From Pseudobdellovibrionaceae bacterium (lineage in GTDB: Bacteria > Bdellovibrionota > Bdellovibrionia > Bdellovibrionales > Bdellovibrionaceae), in contig JBIIER010000016.1 in assembly GCA_044237745.1 (NCBI GenBank), forward strand, positions 1,053 through 65,052: 64,000 nt of DNA, written 5' to 3'. How positions within the stretch are numbered: position 1 is the first letter of the stretch; each line of letters starts with the position of its first letter. A program made the translations under genes and the position numbers. Shown here in pieces: positions 56,101 through 64,000 of the stretch. The notes beneath the pieces were generated by a model. The model saw nothing but the letters and a program-made list of their open reading frames with translations, was not told the origin of the DNA and made no database searches.

Positions 56101-56216
56101 GATAAATTAGAAAAGAAGATGATAGTAAACAAGCAAGTGATCCAAAATAGAATATTGCTTTGTTTTTTTGTTCGAAAATCTTCCACTGATAAATAACCAA
56201 TTGGTCGTTCTCTCAT
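53160..56216 (-). CDS. tail-fibre-like surface protein with C-terminal ALK/LTK-type TNF-like + glycine-rich domain
   Basis: Start set at the ATG at 56216 (AGGAG SD), about 1018 aa, with N-terminal anchor ILFWITCLFTIIFFSNLSAQA. The middle has phage-fibre-type motifs: SGSYSDLINKPNLGTLAA, TGTWNGNKIEVANGGTGSTSL, GNVLTSDGTTWKS, VGVGTASPTSSLQVSG, LTLPTAVGISGREYRIKKIDNS...SDGANWMIL. The last ~304 aa (54074..53160) carry GRD motifs: YPFNAFTFTTCGATGYTGPN, GIQKWTVPKTGTYRIVAAGAAGG, LQILVGQKG, GGGGGTYVI, LIVAGGGGG, GGFGGGGPG, DGYVTITF. Confidence 0.7.
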   Translation of the reverse strand: MRERPIGYLSVEDFRTKKQSNILFWITCLFTIIFFSNLSAQAEAPPSMQYLSYNGRLLKPDGKPLISNSVLIKVQIKSAPPSSCILFEDIQEKDLSYTAGVFSIKIKEDSLTRTDTTGLTMGQIFSNKTMTSTQSIECANGSTNNPPPLTEGRKFYVYFKDNTDYNFTDYDPLPAQDIQYVPMALESLQVGGYSKERLLRIADGVDSTNTELDATKLSDLLAIINGTTDKYLKMSDANNFNGANIKSSSISDSSVVSLNYSKLTSVPEPLREIASTTCSDGEILKKTNGVWTCTPDAGTVQAFAKAAPGSGLKIDENILKINISEIQSAASGQWGIDITGNANTSTSFTGNLVGDVSGTQSQTIVDKINGVNVSKALATDDGKYLRFLNGMGWQPQFMKLSDLKNSLGTSSAFNVDTCNSSQTLIWSSITDQFSCQNISLPADQVTGLSTAATSGSYSDLINKPNLGTLAAKSSLADEDIAAAAAISWSKINKTGAAAADIGASPTAGSTNLTILGTITTGTWNGNKIEVANGGTGSTSLASNSVILGNGTSAVQTVAPGASGNVLTSDGTTWKSQPSTGVWAVSGSNVSYTAGSVGVGTASPTSSLQVSGSFAAGLNTVTTTQTLTASQTNILANVSSGSITLTLPTAVGISGREYRIKKIDNSVNTVTIATTSSQKIDDYTGAVLSTKYQYLNLVSDGANWMILAKTGSIVPQLYPFNAFTFTTCGATGYTGPNLGTCQSAYSSQSWASNTSYLNMSSQGIQKWTVPKTGTYRIVAAGAAGGTLNYNGGSGAVMAGDFSLTQGTVLQILVGQKGQADTSPHYNENGGGGGTYVINGATGTNALIVAGGGGGAPSASYGTSTYRDASFGDGVTTTNSQGYYSGAGNVSGASGGAGGNVIGSNTGGAGGGLTGNGNNGGGHCDTARGGTSFSNGGNGGYISSCYGGNHNGGFGGGGPGALGNPGAGGGYSGGSINGSWSSYSTWGGGGSSYNTGSNQTNVGGSNPNDGYVTITFLVDP

Positions 56217-56606
56217 GGGTTCTCCTAACAAATTACATAAAAATTAATCAACATTAACTCTTCGGAAGATCTAGTTAAAACTTAAACAAAAAATGCTTAA
56301 TTCATGTCTCCTTTTGAGGAAAATAACTTAATTTTTGTTCAATTTGAGACATGCCAAAAAAATTAAAATCTGATGTTTCATATGTAAAAATAAACCCTTT
56401 TTTTCTTGCAAATTGAGGAGCTACTTTAATTGAAAAATGTTTTGTCGAGATTTTTTATAAATAATTTTAAATTCTTAATACTTGAGAATTAATCACCCAG
56501 ATAGACCTCAATCTTTAATCTCAAGAAGATTCCTTCTCACATCTCTCCAAGATACCAACTAGACTTAACAAAGAAAAGAAAAGGGACTTAAAATTGAGGA
56601 GGAGTT

Positions 56607-58418
56607 ATGGCAGATTTTAAATCAGAAAAAATCCTCGTTCATAAAAAAAATAATTTACATAAATTAAATATTCAATCGCATATTGAGTTTAATAAACTCA
56701 GCCAAGAAATCTCTTGGAAAGAAGAATTTAAAAAAAATAAAAACCAGAATTTTAATATCGGATATAGAACCACTAAAAAACATTTGCATTCAGAGATCTC
56801 TCACAAAATCGCACTTAAAATAGTTGGCAAAGAGTGGCCTCAAAAAAAAGAGGCTATAACCAATGTGACTTACCACCAACTGGATCAGCAAAGTGATTTG
56901 GTCTCATGGGGATTGCAAGAATTGGGAGTTCAACCTAAAGAGAGCGTTTTTTTAATTCTTCCAAGAAGAGCGGAATTTTATTCTCTAGCTTTAGGAGTTT
57001 TAAAAAGTGGAGCTCAACTCTCTTGTTTATTTTCTGCATTCGGACCTGAGCCATTGCAAGTTCGTCTTCTAAAAGGTCATGCAAAAATTCTCATCAGCTT
57101 AAAGTCTTATTACCAACGAAAAATTGAACCTATTCTCAAATTTTTACCTGAGTTAAAACACCTCATCCTTATCAATGATTTGCCAGAGTCTCTAGAAATT
57201 CCAAATACCTTAGAATATAAATCTTGGATGCAAAAAACAAAAATTCTCAGTCAAACTGGTTATTTTAACAACAAAGAATCTGTCGTTTTTTGCAAACCAG
57301 AAGACCCTGCATTGATTCATTTTACCAGCGGAACAACTGGACAACCCAAAGGGGCCGTCCATGTTCACGGGGCCGTTTTGTACCATGAGATCTCTGCAAA
57401 GTTATGCTTAGATCTTCAATCGGAAGATCTCTTTTGGTGCACGGCTGATCCTGGTTGGGTCACGGGCATGTCTTACGGAGTGATTGCTCCTCTATTGATT
57501 GGTGCCACATTGCTGATTGATGAGGCCGATTTTGAAGCACAGAGATGGATGCAAATTCTTCAAGAATTTAGAGTGACTAATTGGTACACAGCCCCCACTG
57601 CACTCAGAATGCTCATGAAACAAGGAAATGATTTTTTTAAACCCTTTCACTTTGAAAATTTAAGAATTGCCTCCAGTGTGGGAGAACCTCTGAATCCTGA
57701 AGTGATCTACTGGGCTAAAGAAAACCTCCATCTTTTGATTCATGATAATTGGTGGCAAACAGAAACTGGTGGGATTGCGATTTCAAATTTTGGCTTTATG
57801 AATATTAAACCTGGTTCCATGGGTAAAGCGGTTCCTGGAATGGAAATCCGTTTAGCTCAACAATTGGCAGACGGCACTTTAAAATTTATCACTCAACCCC
57901 ATGAACAAGGTGAAATCATTCTTCACAAAGGATGGCCTTCACAATTTAAAACTTATCTTGAACAAGAAGATCGTTATCAAAAATGCTTTATAGGAGATTG
58001 GTACCTCTCAGGAGATTTAGCCACTCAAGACGAAGAAGGCTACTATTGGTTTGTGGGCAGAAAAGACGATGTCATTAAATCCTCTGGTCATCTTATTGGA
58101 CCTTTTGAAGTTGAGAGTGTGCTCCTCGAACATCCTAAAGTGGCCGAAGCTGGAGTCATTGGCAAACCAGACCCAGTGGCCGGAGAAATCGTAAAAGCAT
58201 TTATCTCTCTCAAAAAAGGTGAGGTTTTTTCTGAAGATTTAAAAATGGAAATCCTCGCACTTGCGAGAAAAAAATTAGGGCCCGCCGTTGCTCCTCGTGA
58301 ACTCGACTTTATAGAAAGCCTCCCTAAAACAAGAAGCGGTAAAATTATGCGTCGTTTGCTAAGGGCCAGAGAGTTGCATTTGCCTGAAGGAGATTTATCA
58401 ACCCTTGAGCCCTCTTAA
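56607..58418 (+). CDS. acetate--CoA ligase-type acyl-AMP-forming synthetase (AcsA-like)
   Basis: 603 aa with FTSGTTGQPKG (AMP motif), WWQTETGG and SGKIMRRLLR, characteristic of acetyl-CoA synthetases. Confidence 0.8.
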   Translation: MADFKSEKILVHKKNNLHKLNIQSHIEFNKLSQEISWKEEFKKNKNQNFNIGYRTTKKHLHSEISHKIALKIVGKEWPQKKEAITNVTYHQLDQQSDLVSWGLQELGVQPKESVFLILPRRAEFYSLALGVLKSGAQLSCLFSAFGPEPLQVRLLKGHAKILISLKSYYQRKIEPILKFLPELKHLILINDLPESLEIPNTLEYKSWMQKTKILSQTGYFNNKESVVFCKPEDPALIHFTSGTTGQPKGAVHVHGAVLYHEISAKLCLDLQSEDLFWCTADPGWVTGMSYGVIAPLLIGATLLIDEADFEAQRWMQILQEFRVTNWYTAPTALRMLMKQGNDFFKPFHFENLRIASSVGEPLNPEVIYWAKENLHLLIHDNWWQTETGGIAISNFGFMNIKPGSMGKAVPGMEIRLAQQLADGTLKFITQPHEQGEIILHKGWPSQFKTYLEQEDRYQKCFIGDWYLSGDLATQDEEGYYWFVGRKDDVIKSSGHLIGPFEVESVLLEHPKVAEAGVIGKPDPVAGEIVKAFISLKKGEVFSEDLKMEILALARKKLGPAVAPRELDFIESLPKTRSGKIMRRLLRARELHLPEGDLSTLEPS

Positions 58419-58443
58419 AAATTTTTTACTTAAGAAGGATGAT

Positions 58444-59394
58444 ATGAAAAACATTTTAAAAAAAATGATCTTAATCCGCAAAATGGAAGAGGCCTGCGCA
58501 GAACTTTACACTCAACAAAAAATACGTGGCTTTTTACATCTCTACATTGGTGAAGAAGCCGTGGCTACGGGAGTTTTTGAAACCATCCGTCCCGAAGATA
58601 ACGTGGTCGCAACCTACAGAGAACACGCCCATGCTCTTCTTAAAGGAATTCCATTAAAATCTATCATGGCAGAAATGTTTGGCAAAGAACAAGGCTGCTG
58701 CAAAGGCCATGGAGGGTCTATGCATTTATTTTCTCGAGAGGTAAATTTTTATGGAGGGCAGGCTATAGTCTCTGCGGGTCTCCCCTTAGCTGTAGGGCTT
58801 GCCTTAGGAAATCAATTGCAAAAAAAAGATCAAACCACTTTTTGTTTTTTTGGAGAAGGGGCCAGTGCCGAGGGGGAATTTCATGAATCTCTTAATTTGG
58901 CTTCACTATGGAATTTACCCATTTTATTTTGCTGTGAAAATAACCTCTATGCCATGGGCACTGCCTGGGACAGATTCTCTGCTCAAACCAATTTAATTAA
59001 AAAAGTTGAGGCCTACAAAATGTATGCACAAACTGTGGATGGAATGAATGTTTTAGAAGTCATTGAAAAAACCAAACAAGCCGTGAACTATATGCAGAGA
59101 GAGCATAAACCGGCATTTTTAGAATTTAAAACATATCGATTTAAGGCTCATTCAATGTTTGATCCTGACCTCTATCGACCTAAAGATGAAATTCTTTTTT
59201 GGAAACAGCATTGCCCGATTGATTCCTTAAAAAAATTTATGCTTGAATCAAAACTCATTTCTGAAAAAGAAATCTTTCAAATGGAGCAATTGATTGATGA
59301 TGAAATTCAAAGTGCTTGTTTATTTGCCGAAGAATCTCCATTTGAATCTGTCGAAAATCTTTTAAATGATGTTTATGCAAAGGGGGGATTATGA
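58444..59394 (+). CDS. 2-oxoacid (pyruvate/acetoin) dehydrogenase E1 alpha subunit, ThDP-dependent
   Basis: Start set at the ATG at 58444 (AAGGA SD). [20 protein letters not shown] and [17 protein letters not shown] (ThDP motif) are typical of PdhA/AcoA. Confidence 0.88.
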   Translation: MKNILKKMILIRKMEEACAELYTQQKIRGFLHLYIGEEAVATGVFETIRPEDNVVATYREHAHALLKGIPLKSIMAEMFGKEQGCCKGHGGSMHLFSREVNFYGGQAIVSAGLPLAVGLALGNQLQKKDQTTFCFFGEGASAEGEFHESLNLASLWNLPILFCCENNLYAMGTAWDRFSAQTNLIKKVEAYKMYAQTVDGMNVLEVIEKTKQAVNYMQREHKPAFLEFKTYRFKAHSMFDPDLYRPKDEILFWKQHCPIDSLKKFMLESKLISEKEIFQMEQLIDDEIQSACLFAEESPFESVENLLNDVYAKGGL

Positions 59395-60356
59395 AACTCA
59401 CCTACCGTGAAGCTTTAAGGGAAGGAATTCGAGAAGCCATTTTAAATGACCCACGAGTTTTTTTAATGGGAGAAGACGTGGGAGCTTATGGAGGAGCCTA
59501 TGCTGTGAGCAAGGGGTTCCTCAAAGAGTTTGGTCCTGAAAAAATTCGTGACACTCCTCTTTCTGAATCCACATTTGTAGGCGCAGGAATTGGCGCGGCC
59601 TTAAGTGGAATGAAACCCATTGTTGAAATCATGACAGTGAACTTTAGTTTGCTCGCTCTAGATCAAATTATTAATTCGGCGGCCTTATTAAGGCATATGT
59701 CTGGCGGTCAATTTAATGTTCCACTTATTATTAGAATGACCACAGGTGGAGGGCGACAGTTAGCGGCTCAGCATTCTCACTCTTTTGAAGGCTGGTTTGC
59801 TCATATTCCTGGTATAAAAATTTTAGCTCCTTCTAACGTCAAAGACGCCCGCTATATGCTCTCTGAAGCCCTGTTAGATTCTAATCCTGTTTTAATTTTT
59901 GAACACGCTCTTTTGTTGAATCAAACAGACGAAGTGGGACCCAAAGAATTTACTTATCAAGCCAACAAAAGTCAGGTTCTTCGAGAGGGAAATCAAATCA
60001 CCCTCATAACCTATGGAGGAATGACATCAAAATGTTTAGAAGCGGCTCAACAATGCTCTCTTTCGGTTGAAGTCATAGATTTAAGAATTTTAAGACCACT
60101 GGATATGGAACCTCTTATAAAATCTGCTCGAAAAACAAAAAATGTTTTGATTGTAGAAGAGGGCTGGAGAAGTGGAAGCCTCTCGGCTGAAATTTCTGAT
60201 CGAATTCACGAAAAGGCTTTTCATAGTCTTCAACAACCTGTGAGAAGACTCTGCAGTCAGGAGGTTCCAACTCCATACGCCAAACATCTTGAAGAGGCGA
60301 CTATACCCCAAACAAAAGATATCTTGTCGGCACTTAATAAAATGTTTGTTTCTTAG
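59391..60356 (+). CDS. 2-oxoacid dehydrogenase E1 beta subunit
   Basis: 321 aa with ATGA start/stop overlap with E1 alpha. [24 protein letters not shown] and VEEGWRSGS are typical of PdhB/AcoB. Confidence 0.9.
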   Translation: MKLTYREALREGIREAILNDPRVFLMGEDVGAYGGAYAVSKGFLKEFGPEKIRDTPLSESTFVGAGIGAALSGMKPIVEIMTVNFSLLALDQIINSAALLRHMSGGQFNVPLIIRMTTGGGRQLAAQHSHSFEGWFAHIPGIKILAPSNVKDARYMLSEALLDSNPVLIFEHALLLNQTDEVGPKEFTYQANKSQVLREGNQITLITYGGMTSKCLEAAQQCSLSVEVIDLRILRPLDMEPLIKSARKTKNVLIVEEGWRSGSLSAEISDRIHEKAFHSLQQPVRRLCSQEVPTPYAKHLEEATIPQTKDILSALNKMFVS

Positions 60357-60385
60357 AATTTATTTCTGTGATTGAGAGGTTTAAA

Positions 60386-61372
60386 ATGGATTATGAAATA
60401 AAAATGCCCTCACTCGGCGCTGATATGGATCAAGCAAAGCTTTTAAAATGGAAAGTTCACGAAGGCGATCTCGTCACTAAAGGTCAAACCCTGGCAGAAA
60501 TAGAAACCACAAAAGCCGCCGTTGAAATGGAAAGTTATAAAACGGGGGTGATTACAAAACTGATTGCTCACGAAGGTGACATGATTCCTGTGGGCCAGGT
60601 GATGGCTCAATTAGATTTTAGGGATGAAAAAATAGAAAAAACCCCTCTGCAAAAATTGGAGCCTGTTGATGTTCCTGCTCAAGAAGCTTCCATTTCCATT
60701 TTAAAAATCCGCGAAGCAATTGCTTTGGCTATGACAACCTCAAAAAAAGAAATTCCTCATTATTATTTAAAATCAAAAATTTTTGTAGACGATCTCATTC
60801 ATTGGATGGACCTACAAAATAGTCAAAGAAGTGTCGAAAAAAGAATTCTTCTTCCTTCCCTATTTATAAAAGCACTTTCGGTGGCCTTACAAAAAAATCC
60901 TGATCTCAATGGTTTTTTTATAGATAATCATTTTCAAACAAGATCAGAAATACATATCAATATGGCTCTCGCACTCAAAGGAGGAGGAGTGAGTGTTCCG
61001 GCCTTATTAGACACTCATCAAAAAAATCTCGATCAAATCAATGAAGATCTTAAGGATCTCATAGAGAGAGCACGCTCGTTTAAATTAAAACAAAGGGAAC
61101 TCACAGAAGGAACTTTTACTTTGAGTTTTTTAGGAGATCTGGGTGTGGAAGAAGTTTTTGGAATAATTTTTCCTCCACAAGTGGGAATTTTAGGCATTGG
61201 CTCACTCCATGAAGAGGTCGTGGCTAAAAATAAAAATATTAAAGTCGAAAAAGTGATCAATGTGATTTTAAGTGGCGATCATAGAGTGTCTGATGGACTT
61301 TGTGGAGCTAAGTTTTTAAAAGATTTTGAAAAAGAAATAAGAGGATTTTATGAATCAAAAAATAATGTCTAA
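60386..61372 (+). CDS. short dihydrolipoamide acyltransferase (E2): lipoyl domain + catalytic domain, no peripheral subunit-binding domain
   Basis: Start set at the ATG at 60386 (GAGAGG SD). Lipoyl motif EIETTKAAVEME and catalytic SGDHRVSDG. Only about 25 residues of linker separate the two domains. Confidence 0.82.
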   Translation: MDYEIKMPSLGADMDQAKLLKWKVHEGDLVTKGQTLAEIETTKAAVEMESYKTGVITKLIAHEGDMIPVGQVMAQLDFRDEKIEKTPLQKLEPVDVPAQEASISILKIREAIALAMTTSKKEIPHYYLKSKIFVDDLIHWMDLQNSQRSVEKRILLPSLFIKALSVALQKNPDLNGFFIDNHFQTRSEIHINMALALKGGGVSVPALLDTHQKNLDQINEDLKDLIERARSFKLKQRELTEGTFTLSFLGDLGVEEVFGIIFPPQVGILGIGSLHEEVVAKNKNIKVEKVINVILSGDHRVSDGLCGAKFLKDFEKEIRGFYESKNNV

Positions 61373-61649
61373 AACGGAAGTTACAGATCTCTTAAAAAAA
61401 ATTCTTCAAGCAGTGGCTCCAGAAATTAATTTTGCAGACCTTGATCTCTTGAGAACCTTAAAATCACAAGTTGATATTGATTCCTATGATTTTTATCAAA
61501 TACTCTTAAAACTCGAGCAACAAACCGGTGTGAGTGTTCCAGATCCCGTGGTGAGAGAATTAAAAAATCTTAATGAGTTGATTCTTTATGTGGTTAAAAA
61601 AAGTGAGGATCAAGCTTTATTCGCAAACCAAGGAACTACTACTCACTGA
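61350..61649 (+). CDS. acyl-carrier-protein-like protein
   Basis: 99 aa (or 94 aa from the ATG at 61365), overlapping the E2 stop. DIDSYDFYQILLKLEQQTGV resembles the ACP phosphopantetheine-Ser helix II region (DSLD...). Confidence 0.5.
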   Translation: MNQKIMSKTEVTDLLKKILQAVAPEINFADLDLLRTLKSQVDIDSYDFYQILLKLEQQTGVSVPDPVVRELKNLNELILYVVKKSEDQALFANQGTTTH

Positions 61650-62780
61650 AGCATCATGAGCGCCATCAGTCATTGCGGACTCAACAACTTGAGTGCCATC
61701 ATAGACCCATTGGAGGACTTGCTTGACTGTTGTATTTGAGTTTTCTTCTGTTCCATAAATATAGAACTTATTTTGGAAGGTCGAAAGAGTGCTTGCTAAA
61801 GTGTCTTGTGATCCATCACCTAGGGTGATTGGTGTGATATTTGTTCCATCGTAGTTCCAAAGTTTGGCAACTTTGTAATTTCCATTAGATTCTTGACCGA
61901 CTATGTGAATTTTATTTTCGTTAGTCAAAATTCCAAGGGCATCAGAAGCTTTTGTCGCATCTGTAGTGAGAGTGAGATTAGTGACCACACTTCCATCGTA
62001 CTTCCAAAGTTTTGCCACATAAACAGATCCATTATGTTGTTTGCCCGCAATATAAATATCTTGACCTAAAATAGCCAAGGCATTTGGAGAGGCACTCACC
62101 ACTCCTCCAGATAAATCAATTTCTGTGGTCGTTGTTGTGGAGGTCTCAAATTTCCATAATCTGGGACGCGGATAATTCACATAATTAAAACCAGAAATAT
62201 AAAGATCTGTACCTTGAAGAATCATATCAGTAGCTTCATTATCGGTGCTAGAATTTGTTAAGTTATATTCAGTCACGCCACTGCTTGCATTGTATTTCCA
62301 AATTTTTGCCACAGATTTTACTGAGCTGCCATCAACTTGATTTCCAGAAATATAAACATCCTCACCAATAAGAATCATTCCAGTGGCTTTAGCTCCATAA
62401 AAAGTGACCACGACAGAAATCGGAACCGCAGTTGTGGAGGAACCATCGTACTTCCAAAATTTAATAATATCTAAATTAGAGGAACTCTCTTGCCCGACTC
62501 CATATACGAGACTTCCAGAACGAATGATCTTTATGGCTTTGGCGTGTTCGACTCCACTTGTAAAATTAACAGCAGAAATATTTGAACCTTGGGCTTTCCA
62601 AAATTTAGCCACGTTTTTTGTTCCATTAGAGCCAGCTAACTCATAGCCAACAACAGACACTGTCGGCGTTGAACAAACAGGAGTTGAAGAATTTTCTGAA
62701 GATTTTTTTTTGTTATTTTGATCGCATCCTAAATTGAAGAGGATCATAATAAATAACAATGAAAGAGAAAACTGTTTCAT
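61617..62780 (-). CDS. lipoprotein built from ~7 tandem ~48-aa repeats (beta-propeller-like)
   Basis: 387 aa, signal plus LFNLGC. Repeat core (V/I)AK(F/I/L)WKYDG(S/T) occurs 7 times: AKFWKAQG, IKFWKYDG, AKIWKYNA, RLWKFET, AKLWKYDG, AKLWNYDG, LQWVYDG. Each is preceded by D(V/L/I)YI(S/A)G. Confidence 0.55.
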   Translation of the reverse strand: MKQFSLSLLFIMILFNLGCDQNNKKKSSENSSTPVCSTPTVSVVGYELAGSNGTKNVAKFWKAQGSNISAVNFTSGVEHAKAIKIIRSGSLVYGVGQESSSNLDIIKFWKYDGSSTTAVPISVVVTFYGAKATGMILIGEDVYISGNQVDGSSVKSVAKIWKYNASSGVTEYNLTNSSTDNEATDMILQGTDLYISGFNYVNYPRPRLWKFETSTTTTTEIDLSGGVVSASPNALAILGQDIYIAGKQHNGSVYVAKLWKYDGSVVTNLTLTTDATKASDALGILTNENKIHIVGQESNGNYKVAKLWNYDGTNITPITLGDGSQDTLASTLSTFQNKFYIYGTEENSNTTVKQVLQWVYDGTQVVESAMTDGAHDASVSSSSLVCE

Positions 62781-62924
62781 TATGAGAAACTCCTTGAATG
62801 CTAAAACATCATTCTAACAACTCCCTATTCTATCAGGAAGTCCAGTTTCTAGCGAATCAGGAATTCAAAAAATTATAATGATTCTCAATATAGTATATAA
62901 AAATGAATGATTCTCGAATTGAAT

Positions 62925-62949
62925 AAGAACTCTCTAAAAGAGAGTTCTT
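62925..62949 (-). terminator. hairpin terminator candidate after the Cys-rich gene
   Basis: AAGAACTCTC-taaaa-GAGAGTTCTT perfect 10-bp stem, 6 nt after the stop at 62955. On the minus strand it is followed by TATTCAATT (T-poor tail). Confidence 0.5.
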
Positions 62950-62954
62950 ATTTA

Positions 62955-64000
62955 TTACTGACATGAGTATACATGGGCTCCTACGCCTTGATAAGTTGAA
63001 AAACATCCATCATAAACACAACAAGAAGCTTGCGATCCTGAGCAAGAAGCTCCTTTGGAAGGGCTTCCTGAACAAACGGAGGTGCAAGGAGAATTCACTG
63101 GGTCTGCCGGAATACAATTTCCCATAGACCAAGTTTTAGATGTCGTTGTAGTAGTGGTTGTTCCCGTACAAATTTTTCCATCGGTAGATGGTTTTTGACC
63201 TGCAGGACAAGCAGAACATGTTGAATATAAATAGGCTCCTGTAAGTGCTAATTTTTTAGTACTTGCTGCGTAACTACAATCACGTTTTTGAACATTTGCT
63301 GCTAATTCACAATCAGCATCTGTTTTAGCGTAACGAACTCTATAAACCTTGGCTAAGGACTCTCCCATTTTAATTTTTACGGATGTCTTAAGATCTGTAT
63401 AAGTCATACTGCACTCTGCGACTTCACAAATATTTTTTGCATTTAAAAAGAATCCCTCATTACAACTGTATTCACAAGCATTGGCTGTATTACAAGATTT
63501 TTGATGAACTAAAGTCGTTTTAGAAGTTGATTTTACATTTGTATTAAATCCCGGACAAGCTGTTGCGTTCGTGAAAGTTGTCGGTACGGCAGGGCAAACG
63601 TTTGGAACACATTTCTTAGGTATTGATTTATCAAAGGATGCATTGGTTCCACAAGTAGAGCATTTTGCGTCTGTGGCGCCATTGGCACAAACACATTTAT
63701 TTGTAGCTGCATCCATGACAAGTCCAGTAGCGCAAACATTTTGTAGTGGTTTTACACAATACATATGGGATGGATAAACTGGAACACCTTGATAAACATC
63801 GCTTGGCAATTTAAAATCCCAAAAATTTGCACCCTTACTTAATTTCTGTACGTGATCTAAAACAAAAATTCCTTTACCTGTCCATTTAGTTTTGTTGGCT
63901 GTCCATTTTTCGTAGGCACCGACATTTAGGACGACAAAGTTATCAGTCAATTGAGTTCCAACCCACATACCTGTGTAGCCTGCATTATTTTTAAAGATAT
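62955..64000 (-). CDS. Cys-rich secreted protein, 5' end outside the window
   Basis: The reading frame stays open upstream of the listed Met to the window edge. More than 35 Cys in EGF-like spacings and a T7 linker (GTTTTTTTSK). No family recognised. Confidence 0.5.
   Translation of the reverse strand, partial: IFKNNAGYTGMWVGTQLTDNFVVLNVGAYEKWTANKTKWTGKGIFVLDHVQKLSKGANFWDFKLPSDVYQGVPVYPSHMYCVKPLQNVCATGLVMDAATNKCVCANGATDAKCSTCGTNASFDKSIPKKCVPNVCPAVPTTFTNATACPGFNTNVKSTSKTTLVHQKSCNTANACEYSCNEGFFLNAKNICEVAECSMTYTDLKTSVKIKMGESLAKVYRVRYAKTDADCELAANVQKRDCSYAASTKKLALTGAYLYSTCSACPAGQKPSTDGKICTGTTTTTTTSKTWSMGNCIPADPVNSPCTSVCSGSPSKGASCSGSQASCCVYDGCFSTYQGVGAHVYSCQ

Noticed and set aside
56607-61372. Simple annotation of the cluster as the acetoin dehydrogenase operon acoABC(L)
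   Set aside because: This is not excluded, but the missing E3, the missing subunit-binding domain in E2 and the trailing ACP-like ORF do not fit the textbook operon. The genes were therefore annotated generically and the anomaly reported as a finding.
1-64000. CRISPR arrays, IS elements and rRNA genes
   Set aside because: No regularly spaced 25-40-bp repeats, no transposase-like ORFs with terminal inverted repeats and no rRNA-like GC-rich stretches were seen. The only tandem repeats are the 18-bp waaA duplication and short operator-like repeats.

Overview
AT-rich chromosomal segment from a Gram-negative bacterium. Gram-negative origin is supported by LPS-core genes (GT9 heptosyltransferase, waaA), outer-membrane and lipoprotein genes, and three sigma-54 enhancer-binding regulators. 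The gene content and the pilB / pilT-like / pilC / pilS / pilR order suggest a Bdellovibrio-like or Bacteriovorax-like (Bdellovibrionota) organism; this is a low-confidence inference. About 55 coding regions are supported. The housekeeping backbone includes pepN, ribF, purN, upp-like, murJ, rpsT, rsmG, two further RNA methyltransferases, an APC permease and an L,D-transpeptidase. Also present are a succinyl-CoA:acetate-type CoA-transferase with an OFA-type MFS transporter, and one tRNA-Arg(CCU). No rRNA, CRISPR array, transposase or integrase was seen. The most unusual content is three paralogous glycine-rich genes whose motif order matches the TNF-like/glycine-rich ligand-binding module of the metazoan receptor kinases ALK/LTK. 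(1) A stand-alone copy at 15077-16052 is broken by two 1-nt homopolymer frameshifts and lies directly downstream of an exported Hanks-type protein kinase. (2) A 320-aa copy at 21164-22126 heads a tightly coupled three-gene, phage-like module next to the tRNA. (3) The third forms the C-terminal tip of a ~1018-aa tail-fibre-like surface protein (53160-56216). A second unusual locus is an acetate-CoA-ligase / E1alpha / E1beta / E2 / carrier-protein cluster. Its E2 lacks a subunit-binding domain and no E3 gene is present. Other points are a motif-degenerate PilT paralog, an ankyrin + FGE-sulfatase giant protein, a seven-repeat propeller-like lipoprotein, a near-consensus sigma-54 promoter and an uncalled 33-codon membrane ORF. 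All family calls come from motifs read by eye and need HMM or structure confirmation.
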